From the human T2T-CHM13v2.0 reference genome, Homo sapiens, in the NCBI RefSeq assembly GCF_009914755.1, contig NC_060929.1: a DNA stretch of 64,000 nt; one strand, written 5' to 3'. Positions 41,630-56,000 of this stretch are shown piece after piece (position 1 is the first letter of the stretch; each line of letters opens with the position of its first letter). The notes below the pieces were generated by a model, which saw only the letters and a list, made by a program, of their open reading frames with translations, searched no databases and was not told where the DNA came from. The translations under genes and the position numbers were made by a program.

Positions 41630-42240
41630 GCTCTCTATCAAAAGAACTACAGATTTCTTCTAATTTGCCTGAGCAGGACCTGGGAGAGCATGCTGGAGAT
41701 GGATTTTGAGGGTGTTGGACTAGGGAGATGAGAATTTAAATCTGGATAGGAAAGGAGTTCATTGACATGAGAGCAGTCCTATTACTTGGGAAACAAATAA
41801 TGGCTAGGACTCAAGAAGAATCTTAATGTACTGCCTGCCTAGCTGCTAGAAGCTTGGATTTAAATATGGCCTGGAGTCAATGAAATTGAGAAGCTGAATG
41901 TGCCCAGCCAGAGCACTGAGGCAAGGGTCAGAAGGTTCAGAGTGGCAGGGATGGTAAATGGGCTTATCACAGGAGACCAAGCAACAGGCCACCCAATTAA
42001 GACTCCTTGACGAGACTCAGAGGGCCCTCCCTTTAAAGAATGCATGGTGGCTCTCACCTGTAGGACAGGGCTGCAGTGTCATGGGCTGACCTGGAGTCCC
42101 AAGTATCCGTGGAAACAACAGAATCTAACAATGGCAGAGCTCAACCATCAGTGACCAGATGGGCATCATGACTGCAATGGATAGCAAGGCCTGAGTGGCA
42201 AGCAGAGTGCCTTTACCTGGAAGAGCTGGAAATACGTGAA
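41630..42240 (+). mobile_element. Second ancient ERVL gag relic
   Basis: TGGATTTTGAGGGTGTTGGAC (WILRVLD) and ~41836-41960 translating as LLEAWI*IWPGVNEIEKLNVPSQSTEARVRRFRVAGMV, alignable to HERV-L gag LAEIWIKRWPTVKELEMPDLPWFNVKKGIQRLREIGRV in this window. Confidence 0.7.
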
Positions 42241-42280
42241 TTTTCTCATTTATGTAACAGAGAGAGAAAAAAGAGAGAGA

Positions 42281-42284
<4 letters not shown>

Positions 42285-42328
<44 letters not shown>
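42285..42328. repeat. (AG)n microsatellite
   Basis: Directly visible. Confidence 0.95.
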
Positions 42329-42330
<2 letters not shown>

Positions 42331-45300
42331 AGCAGAAGGCCAATGTCAGCCCTGCACCAAGTTCATTTCAGAATTGGTCCAACAGATCCACCCCCCACCT
42401 GCATTTTCCACCCTGTTTTACTGTCCGTTGTTTGCCTACTTGTGTTCACCCACCCTCGCTACGGCCATGGTGGTGCTATGGTCACACTGGCCTTACTGAG
42501 CATGGGCTACATTACCGGAGCTTGAACCGTACGCTCTTGCTTGATAAAACCCTCCTAAAGCATTCTGAGGGAGACATCACTGTCACTGTTACAGATGCAA
42601 CATTGAGCCCAAGGCTAGACATCGCAGAGCAGCAGACCTGGCATCTGGCTGTTCTAGTGCATGACCATGAATTGAGGAGACCCTCAGACAATGCTGCCTT
42701 CTATGTGTTTAAAATAGATCCTTCAGACTATCATTTGCTTATTTATTTTAGATTCGTGGTTCTATTTGAAACTATTTAAAAGTCACGGCATCCCGTTGGC
42801 ATTATGTAAAGCCATGTGCCTGTATTTCATCTTCCCTCCCTACCTATCACCTGGATATTATGTCACTTTTCCTCTTTATAGAGAAAAATTGTTAGTCTTT
42901 TCCACATATTTAAAAATTGTCCAAAAGAAATGTATTTGTTTTAAAATGATGGTTAGCGAGTTTTCTTCTTTGCTTTGTTTTTAACTGCTGTGGTTATACA
43001 CGGTGCTCTGTGAATGAAGGGTTTCAGCCAAAGAACTGCAGAGCAGAGGCTTCCTAGAGAGGGGCATGGTTGGCAGCATCTCTGCACTGTGTCCAGCTTT
43101 CACCCCAGAACCACCCTGGGCCAGCATGCACCGACTGTTGCAAGAGAAGGCTTCTTGGCAGAAAGAAAAAAAACCACTACAGCATCCAGGTGACAGAGAG
43201 AGGACGCAACCATGCCCGCTTTGCCTCCGCGACGCATTGTATTTTTCCTAAACTGCAGTTCCCCGGCACCCTGTCTGTATTGCGTATTGGCTTGCTCAGC
43301 TATACTGTGTGCATTTCCTAAGAAAGACGGAGCAGCAGATGAGGCTCCAACCGCACTCCTGGCGCTGTCCAGCCCTTGGTGGGAGAAGTGCAGCCGCGTC
43401 TGAACGTACCTCTTCTGAGAGCCGCGCACGCAGATTTAGGAGCTGATTGTGACGATGACTATTTCTGAGCTAATCTTTCAAATGTTTCTTTCTATGAAAT
43501 GAAGACGTAAATAAAACAGGAAGGAAATATCACCAAGCAGGAAAAGGGGGAGGAAAGCATTTGGTGTTGGGTTCTGTAATCACCAGAGTGCTCCTGCCCG
43601 TGGCTAATGTGAGGGTGATGGGACATCGTAATCCCTTCCCTGAGCTCCTTTACTGCAGCCATGATGACTAAATTTCTTGTGTCTTATCACACTGTCACAG
43701 GCTGGAACCAGGAGAAGGGGCTCTGAAGAAAACACAGCATGGAAACCAGAAAGAAGATGATCAGATTACCAGCCCCTGGATTTGTGAGCCGGTCTCAATC
43801 GGACCAGAGCAGGCTTGATTTCAGACCCGCAGAGTCTCAGACGCCAACCTCACCCCCTTCCTCCCCGCACACCACTATTTTTAAAGAACCCCCAACCTCT
43901 TTCCAATCATGATAGTGTTGCTTTCTTTTCTTTTTCTATTTTTTTTTTCCTTATCTATCCACCGAAAATCTTCTAATGAAAGAGAGTACCACTTCAGGAA
44001 CTTCAGGGTTGGGAAAATCAGACGGATTCGTGGATTTCAAGTTAGAAATGCCTCCTAGAATATTTAAAATCAAAACAGATAGAGAAGTGGAAACTTAAGT
44101 TCTTTGCCCCTTGAAGAAATGTACATGTCTCTTGCAGATATTCTTGGGGGCAGGCAATAGTGGGGTTCTCTTTCACAGCATCCTCATCACTTTCGTGATT
44201 CTGAATCGCCACTGTCACCCTTTGAAAGAAGAAGAGACCCAGCTCCGTGCTCAGCATGCCTGCTTCTCAGAGCTGCCCCCTTTGGATTTTGAGGGAGAAG
44301 GGTTTATGTTGTTTATTGGGGTGGTAAAAAAAAATGCCTGATGCCTGTTTCCTTGTGCTTAGCACAACCAGGGTGGCATTCATCTTCAATAATGTAAGTG
44401 TATGTGCATTACCTTTGAAGACCTAGGGTAGTACAAGGAATGGTTGGGAGTGGCCCATCGGGACTAATCTCCTCTACCTGCAGTGTCCCAGGACCCACGT
44501 TTGGCTTCATGGAGAACCTGGACCACACATCTCCAACCTGCCATGTTCTTCCTCCAGGTTCTGTCACTGAGTCATAAACTCAGGGAAGGTGCTAGAGACA
44601 TCAAGATGGGGAATGTCTATTCCCTGTCCATCTGGATTTTACAATAAGCAGCAAGATAGATTCATCCAAAAGAGCTCAGTTTTTTAAAAGATATTGAGCA
44701 AAGATGAGCATGTACAAAAACATGAAAAACCATGCTCTGAGGAAAGACTCATGCGTTCATTGAACAAGTAAGATAATTGAGCTGTAGAAAGAAATATGGT
44801 GAAATACCCTTGCAAAGAAATTTTGAAAAATGTCATGTTGCCTTTTATGTTATCTTGATGTAGAACCAAAACCACAACAAAATTGCCAGCTTTGCAAGAA
44901 AAGTCATTATGGCTAGGGGAAGAAAAAAAGAACATACAAGACAAAAGCAATGTTGGTAAATGACAGGAAGCATGCCAAGTTCTTCAGTCACATATAAACT
45001 ACAATGAAATAAAATAAATCTTACATTAATAAGAAAATTCAAGATGTCAATTTTTTGAAGTTTTCTTGTTATTTTACCCATATATTCTGCAGATTTACAT
45101 TTTTTAGGTGCTGGAGGGAGTGGGTAGTGTTGAAGGGCACTAACTGTGCCATTAACCCACTTGTAGTTGAAGCTTTGCCCGGTGTTGCTAGCCGTGGTCC
45201 TTGTGGGTGACCAGTTGAGCCTCCCCAGTGCTGTTTCATAATCAGTTGAAGGAAGAACTATTGCTTTTCATAGAATGGCCATGAAAAGCCTGCAATACAG

Positions 45301-45479
45301 AGTAAAGTCTCCATGAATATTGGTTACCATTTTTAATGATGGCTTGTGTGTGTGTGTAATGATCTAAAAGAAAAGAAACTTTGAGGTATACACATACGTT
45401 ATTGAAACGTCATATTTTCTCTGGAGCTGGATTTCCATGGAATGACTGATTCAGAGGTTTTGTGGGAAAATATACATAT

Positions 45480-45807
45480 ATTTTTAATTGAGATAGGGTC
45501 CCTGTGACACTTTGGATATAAGAGATTAGTCCCAATGGGCCTCCCAGGCTAGAGTGCCATGGCACAATCTCCATTTACTTCAGCCTCAAAGGAGCTTCCT
45601 GGGCTCAAGTGATCTTCCTATCCAAGACACCCATGTAGCTGGGACTCGAGGAACACACCACCGTGCCCAGCTAATTTTTGCATTTTTTGCAGAAACAGGG
45701 TTTTGCTATGTTGCTCAGGCTTCTCTCCAACTCCTGAACTCAAATGATCTACCCACCTCGGCCCCCCAAAATGTTAGGATTACAGGTGTGAGCCACCGTG
45801 CCCAGCC
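45480..45807 (-). mobile_element. AluJ (Jo-like) with a short non-Alu insertion near its 3' end
   Basis: CTTCCTGGGCTCAAGTGATC, TATGTTGCTCAGGC, ends GAGCCACCGTGCCCAGCC. Confidence 0.9.
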
Positions 45808-45855
45808 ATGTCAGAAATATTTGAAGGCTTATTTCTTTGTCAAAAACAAAAATGA

Positions 45856-46176
<321 letters not shown>

Positions 46177-46179
46177 TTA

Positions 46180-46362
46180 CACTACCTCGGCACTATTGTA
46201 ATATTGACTAGATGATTCTTTGCTTTGGGGTCTGCCTCAGAATTGTGTCCCTACCCTTAGGATGCCAGTGACACCCCTCCATTTAGTCATGACAATCAAA
46301 AATGCTCAGACATTGCCAAGTGTTCCCACAGGGACAAAATCTCCCCCAGGAGAGAACCACTG
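46180..46362. mobile_element. MER20 (hAT-Charlie) DNA transposon relic
   Basis: ACCTCGGCACTATTG...GATGCCAGTGACACC...TGACAATCAAAAATGCTCAGACATTGCCAAGTGTTCCC...GAGAACCACTG. Confidence 0.82.
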
Positions 46363-47919
46363 ACATGACCCTCAGATAACCTGGGATGCTCTGGGCAAAG
46401 CGTTCTTCCACTTCCACCTCTGAATCTGAGCAGACTTTCAACGGCATGCAAGCAGGTTGGCTCAGAGGACGATAATGCAGGCCTGTGTCCTCAAAAAATG
46501 CATGCCTTAGAAGGTGAAATAAATGGTGGGTAAATTTGGCACACACCTTCTTAAGCAAGCCTTCTTCGAACCTTTTCATTTTCATTTATGGGAACTGCCC
46601 CACTGCACAGACTCTCAGCGCATGGCACAGCCAACTGTCCACACCTGTAAGACAATTAGAGCCTTAGAATTGAGAAATTTCTTATAGTGGTCTAGAAATT
46701 TTAAAAATGTTTTTGAAAGGTCAGATTTTATGCACAACACAAATTATACTATGAGGCTAGTTAGTTCAAAGTACCCTTTTAAATAAAGAAAGAAGGTGGT
46801 AGCTAAATGGTAAAAAAAAGTTAATGATTGAATTTGATTTTTAAAATATTTTCTAATGAGCTGGTTTAATGCTTATGCTAACATTTTAACTCTCATCATA
46901 TTAAAGATGAAAATGTAAACCTATTATGTATTATTTTCAATAATGGAAAAAATGAGGAAACTGCAATTCAGAACATTTAAAACAATAACAAATTCAATTT
47001 GTAATAAACCCAGCAAGAAATTCAATGAAATAATTCAGGAGGCATTAACTTCACAATTATCCCGAAACATAGAAAAACACAAGCAAATGTTTTGGATAAA
47101 AATATATTCATTTACACAATGTTGTAAGTTGAAGAAAAGAAAATATGTTTTTTATTTAAATAATTTGGTACTTTGTTTCTAAATAATGTCTGTAAAATTT
47201 TTTAGAAAGGCCAAAACTTGCTGGAAGCTCTATGTATTTCTTAACAAATATAGTAAAAACATATTGTGTTGCTTTTATGTTGATAGGTTTCCACTGGAAA
47301 GCATATCCCTGCTTATAATTTTCCTTTAAAATTAATTTTCAAATTGGTTTTAAAATTACTCATTTTGTTAAGAAATCTTGAAAGGAACTTTAATTTTACT
47401 ATTTGGTTTATGATATTTTAATGTTTTTCTTTTTAATTTTTTTAACAATAAAAAGAGCTGGCATTTACTGAGAAATTGAAGCTTTTTATATATTAAATTC
47501 TTTGCACACAACATCTCATTTAACATGAATAATAATTTTCTGAGGTTAGTAATTTTGGTAAAATATCATAAGAATATATGTTTCTATTTATTTATTGAAA
47601 TTCTTATAATAATATACAAGCAGATTTATACCCCTCATTTTAAACTTAATGTTAGATACTGACTATTTTAAATATCTTTTAGGATCCCCCAACCTAAATG
47701 TCAGTGTTCTTCTTTGATTATTTTTATAAGTTATTTTTCTATGATAGTATTCCAGAGTAAAATCTTCATGGTACATATTCCCAGATTGCTCTCCATAATG
47801 TTCTAATTCAGTCCTATAGTTTCAAGTAAGAGAGTATATTGCTCATAGTCACAAAAGCTGGCTATTGTGCTATATTTTTAAATTGTATCAATGTGATAAG
47901 CAAAAATAATTTTAATGGC

Positions 47920-48590
47920 TTTTATTTTGTAAACTTTTTATTTGGAAATGATCATAGATTTATGTGCAATTACAATAAGTCAAACAGAGAAATGTCATAT
48001 AATCTTTTCTCTTATCCTCCCAATGCTAAGGCCTTGCAAGACCCGAGTGCAATCCCACAATCAGCATATTGACCTTGAGCATGACACAGAGCACTTCCGT
48101 CACCACTACTGTGATAGTCGCACCACTTCCCTTCCTCTCACACCCCCTTCTTAGCCCCTGGCTATGACAAATCTGTTTTCCATTTCTATAACTTTGCCAT
48201 TTCATGAATGTTATGTGAATGGAATCCTACATTCTCTTGGGTTGGCTCTTCTGACTCAGCGTAATCTCTGCAGCTCCCTCCAGGTTGCTGCAGATATCCG
48301 ATATCCTTATTACCGAGGAGTATTCCATGGCATTGGTGTACCCCAGGTTGTTTAGCCCTTAACCTATTAATGGGCTTCTGATTTGTTTCCCAATATTTGT
48401 CTATAGGGAATAAAATTTGTGAACATTAGTTGTGTGAACATTAGTTTTTGTTTTTCCAGAATACATTCCAGAAATGCAATTGCTGGGTTGCCTGATAACT
48501 GCATGTATACTTTTTTAAGGAGATGCCACACTCTTTCCAGGGTGGCTGTGCTGCTTTACAGTCCCACTGGTAATGTATGAGTGATCCAGT
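47920..48590 (-). mobile_element. Old L1M (L1MC/MD-type) 3' fragment
   Basis: AATCTGTTTTCCATTTCTATAACTTTGCCATTTCATGAATGTTATGTGAATGGAATC; GAAATGCAATTGCTGGGTTG; CCAGGGTGGCTGT. Confidence 0.78.
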
Positions 48591-48683
48591 AGATTTTATG
48601 TAACACCTACTTTTTTTTTGAAAAAAACTTTTTTTCTTTTACTTTTGAATGATTTCAATACAATAACGAAATGCTAATATTTG

Positions 48684-49062
48684 TGATATGGTTAGGCTTT
48701 ATGTCCCCACCCAAATCTCATCTTGAATTGTAATCCCCATAATCCCTACATTGTCAAGGGAGAGACTAGGTGAAGGAAATTGGATCATGAGGCTGGTTTC
48801 TCCCAAGCTGTTCTCGTGATAGTGAGCAAGTTCTCATGAGATCTGATGGTTTTGTAAGGGGCCCTTCCCCCTTTGCTCAGCATTTCTCCTTTCCGCCACC
48901 TTGTGAAGAAGGTAACTTACTTCCCTTCACCTTCTGTCATGATTGTAAGTTTCCTAAGACCTCCCCAGCCATGCTGAACTGTGAGTCAGTTAAACCTCTT
49001 CCCTTTATAAATTACCCACTCGTGGACAGTTCTTTACAGCAGTATGAAAACAGACTAATAGT
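48684..49062 (+). mobile_element. THE1C/D-type MaLR solo LTR
   Basis: TGATATGGTTAGGC..TGTCCCCACCCAAATCTCATCTTGAATTGTA...CATGATTGTAAGTTTCC...ACTGTGAGTCAGTTAAACCTCTT...CAGACTAATA. Confidence 0.93.
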
Positions 49063-49244
49063 ATCTGTGTTCATGTTCATTACAGAAATATCATAAAAAG
49101 TCCTTTTGTCATTTATCTGAATGATTGCATGACTCTCTTTGTCTGATCTACTGAATAAAACCACCCTTAAGGAAATAAAGCCAAGCCTGACAAGAACGAT
49201 TCCCCAGTAAAGTAGTGCCTTCCAGAACAAAACTGATGCTTATT

Positions 49245-49306
49245 AGCAGAAAATAATCTGGTGCCTATTCCCTACAGCAGAAAATAATCTGGTGCCTATT
49301 TCCTAC
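49245..49306. repeat. 31-bp tandem duplication
   Basis: AGCAGAAAATAATCTGGTGCCTATT(C/T)CCTAC twice. Confidence 0.92.
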
Positions 49307-49531
49307 AACATATCATGCACAATGTCTAGCATAAAATAACAATAAAAATCACTAGACATGTGAAGAAGGAGAAAAGTATTTATAATCCAGAAAAAAAGGA
49401 GTTAACAGTTACAAACTAAAATATGACCCAGATGTTGGAATGTTAGGAGACGAGGATTTTAAAGAAGGAATTAGGAATATATTCAAAAACTTAATGACTA
49501 AAGGGAAGGGGAATCTCCCCACCACCCTGCC

Positions 49532-49822
<291 letters not shown>

Positions 49823-50973
49823 TAGATAATAAAAGCTATGAAACAAATAGAAATTGTAGAGCTGAAAATAAGCATCTTAAATTTAAAATATGTCATTGGA
49901 AGGACTTCCAGTTTCAGTTCTTACACATAAAGGACTTGGAAGTCATTATTTCCATACGTACAAAGAAAGAAATAGAAAAACTGAAAATCAGTGAATATTC
50001 TTAGACCCATCAAAAACCTGAGGCTGCAGGTGAAAGTGACACCTTAAAGTCTACAAAGAGAGGCTCATCCAGAAAGACAAATCTCAGATCTGCTAACCTG
50101 AAGCAGAAGTCACAGATGCAAAAACTGTTAATTTTGGTGAATTGTTGGAGGATGAACATGGGCCAGATTTAGAACAAACAACTCCCAGAGTCCGAAATCA
50201 TAGGGGGCTGCCCACAATTTTATGCACTTTACTTCCAGGAAATTCACCAGATCCTGATGGTGAAGATCTGAGAAAGATCCCCTGGTTGGTAGAGGGGCAG
50301 ATTAATCATAGTGAAATATACTCAAAGCCTTCACCATAGCACAGGCCTATACTCCAGGAAAAAAGAATACTCCAGAGACTTTTATCCTATTGGAGAGAAG
50401 CACAGTGCTTCTCTTCTATTCCCATGTAGCCCTCCAGTCTCACCCAAGGAAACATATATAGTTACTAAGGGTCAAGGATTCAAGGAAATGGCTTTGGAAA
50501 GCTGTAGCCAGGGGAGACAGTAGGAGGCAGGGGTGGGGGTAGTTACACCCTTGTGAAAGTCACAGCCTTAAGATACAGACCAGTTACATATTGAGACTGA
50601 ATTAGAAGAATATAGAATATTTTCTCCTCCACACCTTATCACCACCATGACAGAGCTCCAGCATATTGAATGTATTACACGGAAAGAGCTGCAAGACACA
50701 GATTTCCTCCAAGAAGGAGTACTTAGGCAAGTCCAAAATCAAGAGGGGAGGCAGAAATAGGTGTGATGGCACTTATACCTCTAGCATACATGGAAAATAA
50801 CCAACTTCTAGCCAGATTAACATAAGTACACATTGAAGGCTCTTTTCCTGTCTTTATACCTGATACAGTATGTCTGGCTTTCATGCACACACCAACACGT
50901 GTGTGCACACACACACACGATAAAAACCAAAGGGGAAAAGCCTAGAGAACATCAAACAGTATAAGTAACAAAT

Positions 50974-51022
<49 letters not shown>
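50974..51022. repeat. (CA)n microsatellite
   Basis: Directly visible. Confidence 0.95.
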
Positions 51023-51023
<1 letters not shown>

Positions 51024-52188
51024 GTCCCTAGGGAAACCATATTCAAACTGCAGAAAGCAAACAAAAAAGAAAATCTTGAAAGAAGCTGATGTGAAACAAG
51101 AAATTCACATACACCTATAGAGGGACAAAACTAGAAATTACAGCAAACTTCTTGTAAGAAACCATGCAAACAAAAATGATGCAAAATATTTAAAGTGTGG
51201 GGAAAACAATCACTAGGCTAGAATTGTATACCCACACAAAAACCAACATACTAATGTTTAGAGACATTTTGTCATAGTTGCTAAAAGCTGGTAGCAGCCA
51301 CAATGTCTTTCAACGGAATGAACGACCAATTTCAGGTGTATTCATTTAGTACAATATTCAGTGGTAAAAGCAATTAAACTAACAAGCCACAGAAATCCAT
51401 GAATAAATCTTTAATGCATATTGCTAAGTGAAAAATGCCAACTAGATAAGGTCACATACTATGTGATCAAGTGTATATGACACTCTGAAATAGGCACTAT
51501 TAGAGATAGTATAGTGATCAGTGGCTGACAAGGGCTCCAGGAGATAACAGACCTAGGGTTACTGGCCAGATCAGTATGCCCTAGGGATATTTTAGGGCAG
51601 TGGACCTATTCTGCATGACACTGCAATGGTAGATACATCACACTGTTCATTTGTCAAAATCCACTGACCTTTACAACACAAAGAATAAACCTTAATGTAT
51701 TCAATTAAAAAATATTTAGGAGGTTGAGAATTTCCACATTGGAATGCAAAATGTTATCAAACTGCATTATAAAGGTATGAAACAGATTCACTGGAGTTGG
51801 GGGAGGCGGGTAAAAAGGTGGTAAGTAACTTTGGAAATGAAAGGGGTTTGCAAGACTAAAGGCAAAAAAGAACTGTATACAAGCACTGTTCTCTCATTGA
51901 TAAAGTTATTTCCCTCTGGTATATATGCTAACAATTCCAAGAATGAAACTATACATGTACAATGGTGTTGAATAAGTAAATTGATGGTGAAGGATGGGCC
52001 CCATGTTTCTTATTTTTGGAGTGAGAAGTTACAGACAAGGAAGGAGAGAATGCAAGAATTATCTATAAAATATAAATTAGAATAAAAGATATCTGTATGA
52101 ACACATATTTAACTTAGTATACACAGATAAGAACAGATATAGAAATATTCACAGATATATATTATATATACATATATAAACAGGTTAT

Positions 52189-52835
52189 TGTACTAGGATT
52201 CTCTAGAGGGACAGAACTAATAAGATATATTTGGCATATATATGTGTGTGTGTATATATATATATATACACACACACACACATATATATATACACATACA
52301 TATATATACATATATATGTACATATATACATATATATGTACATATATATACATATATATGTACATATATATACATACATATATACATATATACATACATA
52401 TATATACATATATATATACACACACACATATATATATAATACATACATATATATATGAATGAATTTAACTTACACAATCACAAGTTCCCACAATAAGCTG
52501 TCTGCAAGCTTGATGAGCAAGGAAATCCAGTCTGAGTCTCAAAACTGAAGAACTTGGAGTTGGATGATCAAGGATGGGAAGCATCCAGTTCAGGAGAAAG
52601 ATGTAGCCTGGGAGGCTAGGCCAGTCTCTCTTTTCACACGTTTTGGTCTGCTTATATTCTAACCTTGCTGGCAGCTGATTAGATTGTGCCCACCCAGTTT
52701 AAGGGTAGGTCTGCCTTTCCCAGCTCACTGACTCAAATGTTAATCTCCTTTGGCAACACCCTCACAGCCACATCCAGGATCAATACTTTGTATCCTTCAA
52801 TACAATCAAGTTGACACTCTATATTAACCATCACA
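52189..52835 (-). mobile_element. MLT2A1-type solo LTR with internal (TA/CA)n expansion (~52236-52456)
   Basis: TGTACTAGGATTCTCTAGAGGGACAGAAC...TATTAACCATCACA; TSD GTTAT/GTTAC; colinear with the proviral LTRs. Confidence 0.93.
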
Positions 52836-52952
52836 GTTACCATATGCTCATATATCTCTTTGCTCTACCAGCCAAGAGGGCAGGGCCTAGAAACCATGAC
52901 ACCCTAGCAGTAACAACAAAAAAAAAAAACCTAACACCCAAATATTGTTTTC

Positions 52953-53087
52953 TTTTGTTTTGATTTTAATAGAAACAAGATGTTACTATGTTGCCCAAGC
53001 TGGTCTGGAACTTCTGGGCTTAAGCAATCCTTTCACCTCAACCTCCCAAAGTGCTGGGATTACAGGTATAAGCCACCAAGACTGGTC
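52953..53087 (-). mobile_element. FLAM_C / AluJ left monomer
   Basis: TATGTTGCCCAAGCTGGTCTGGAACTTCTGGGCTTAAGCAATCC...; flanking repeat CCCAAATATTGTTTTCT / CCCAAATTTTGCTTTCT. Confidence 0.88.
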
Positions 53088-56000
53088 CCAAATTTTGCTT
53101 TCTGAAACCATTTTTCAACGAAAAAAAAAAGAATTATTTAGAAAAATAACTGGTTTTAGGAGTCAGACGAGAAATATACAAGATAAACTTGGATCATCAT
53201 ATATCTTGCAGTGTTCGAAAGTGAGGAAGAAAAAAATAGACAATATTGATAGAATTATGTCAAAGTGACACAGAGCAGACTGACAACAGCCCACAATCAA
53301 AAGCAGAACCATTTGAGAGAAAAAAAAAGAGATTGCCTTGGATTAAAATTTAAAGTATAAAATAAATATCCACAAATCAAAACTATTATGTGACTAAACA
53401 CACTAATAAATATGATATAATAAAAAACCTATGCAAAATAATTCCAAATAGTGTATATAGATATTTTATTCTGAAGGCAACGAAGCACAACAGCATAAGT
53501 CCTCAACCATTAAGTGTAAGCAACACATAATGATGTCCTTCCAAAAAGTACCATATAAAAGGGGGAGAAAAGACTAAATTTACAGTGGAAAAACTCAAGA
53601 AACATTACATCAGCAAGATAGTCAGTGTTAATGTTAGCAGTTTTAAGTCATGTGGTAGTTTATACCCTTGATATAATGTGATCAAAATGTCCATTTCCCT
53701 TTGTATTTTTTCCTTGAAACCCATAACTTCATCTAATCATGAGAAAAACAATTAGCCAAATGCCAGTCACGTAGCAATATGCCAATGTTTCTAAAAATTT
53801 TTAGGGTCATCAAAAGTAAAGAAAGTCTGAGAAATTATCACAACTAGAGGGGACACAACAACTAAATGTCACGTGGTATCCTGAATGGCAGGCTGGAACA
53901 GAATAAAAGATAACAGCTCAAATTATATGATTAAGTAAAGTCTTTAGTTTGTAATACATCAGTATTTGTTCACTAATTGTGATAAATATTCCAGACTCAT
54001 GTAAGATGTTAATAACAGAAGAAACTGGTTATAAGGTCTATGAGAACTCCCTGTACAATCTTTGTAATTATTTTTTAACAAATATAAAACTATTATAAAA
54101 TAAAAAGTTTACAGAAATTACTCACTGGAAAGACAACAAAACATTGAAATCTGCGTAAGAAAAGGTAATAAATTTGAATATAGAACAACATAAATTTTCT
54201 AAGATGAAAAGCAGAGAGAAAAAAATATGAAAAGAAATAATAAATGTCTTAGTGATCTGTGAAAATTACCAGTCTTTCTAAAATATGTGAAATTATGCAT
54301 GCAATGGAAGAAAAGAAAGAAATTGGAACACGAACAAATTTAAAATAATCAAATTTATCCAAATTTGGTTGAAAATATCAACCTAAACAACCAAGAAATA
54401 TATGAATGACAGGAAAAATAAATAAAATGGGAAACAAACCTAAACACAAAATATTCAAATTTCCATATAAAAAGAAAAATAATAAATTGAAGTACTTAAA
54501 AGTAGTCAGGAAAAAGAAAAGACATATTGTCTGCAGGGGAACAATAAAACAGATGATGTTTGACCTGTCATGAAAAATAAGTCACATTAAAATTCTAAGA
54601 TAAATCCTTAAAGTTCTGGAAGAAAAAGTAAAAAAGATCATATGAGCCTCTGTTGAGTCAAAATATTCATATACTGAGGTAAAATAAAAGTTTTTTACGT
54701 AAGCAATAGATGAGAGATTATGTCACCAGTAGATCTGCACTACAAAGATGGCTAAAGAAAGTTCTTCAGGCTAAAAGAAAATGAAAACAGATGGAAACAC
54801 AGATCTTCAGAAAAAAAGAGTACAACTAATAATAATTTTGTGGGTGAACATGAAAGACTGTCCTTTAAAAACATTTGAGTACAAATTTTAAGACAAAAAT
54901 AATATTGTATTTTTATGAATTTCCATATAAAAGACATAACATTAGCATAAAAGATAGGAATGAAGATATTTTAGATTTGCAAATTTATTATATTGTATTT
55001 GAATGGGTACCCAGTATCTCTATGTAGAGAGAAATAAGTTAAGAATGTATATAGTAGATTGAAAAGCAACCACAGAAAATATGAACATTTGTACCTACAT
55101 ATTCAATAGAGAAATTAAAAGAAAATTATAATAAATATTGCAATAATCCAAAAGAGGCCAGAAAGCCAATAGTAAGATGATAAACATAAACCGAGCAATA
55201 TAAATTATTTTATTAATTATAAAAGAAATAAACATGTACAGTTGAAAAACAGAGATTGTCAAACATGACTAAAAATATAAGAACACAATTGTTTGTTGTC
55301 GATAAGAGATATAATTTAGTACATCATCCAGCTACATCCATAAGAATGTCACTGTAAATATATTTAATATCAGAGAAACTTGAAGACAAGAGATAATATC
55401 AGAGATGAAGAGAAGCATTCTATAATAATAAATGCATCAAATTGTTAGATGGAACTAACAGTTATAAATGTACATAGCAGTAAGCTTTCGTGGACATAAA
55501 GCAAAAGTAACAGAACTAAAGAGAACTGTAGATAAATTCATGTTGATGTTTAATACCCTTTGCTCAGTAGTTTATACGACTCTGAGCAGAGGATCAGTAA
55601 GCACACAGGCAAACTGAGGAATACTACCAACTATCTACACTTCACTGACAAATTTAGAACGCTATATACAGCGGTAACAAAATAGACATTTTGTCTTAAA
55701 TAAACTTGAAATGTCATCAAGATAAACTATATGTTGTACCATAAAAATGGGTCTCTATATATTTCACGTGATTTATATACTGTGCTGCACATTCTCTGGC
55801 CACAATAGAATTCTGTTAGTATGATTAATAATGAAATATCTAGGATATTACCATTAACACATTAGTTAAAGAAGAAATTATAAGATACATTAAATATTTC
55901 AAACTAAATGATAATGAAAATAAAACATATGAAAATGTGTAGGATTTCTGCTACCGCAGTGTTCAATGTTTAGTTTTATATGTTAAGTGCTTATGTTAGA

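Larger units (their letters stand above)
49900..54110 (+). mobile_element. Nested L1MC3-like element with a large internal deletion (5' UTR/ORF1 joined to 3' end)
   Basis: 5' UTR-type start GGACTTCCAGTTTCAG, similar to the reverse complement of ~22000-22140; ORF1 remnant to ~51230; then ORF2 end and long L1MC3-type 3' UTR ending AAAATAAAAAGTT; flanks TCATTGGAA / TCACTGGAA. Confidence 0.72.
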
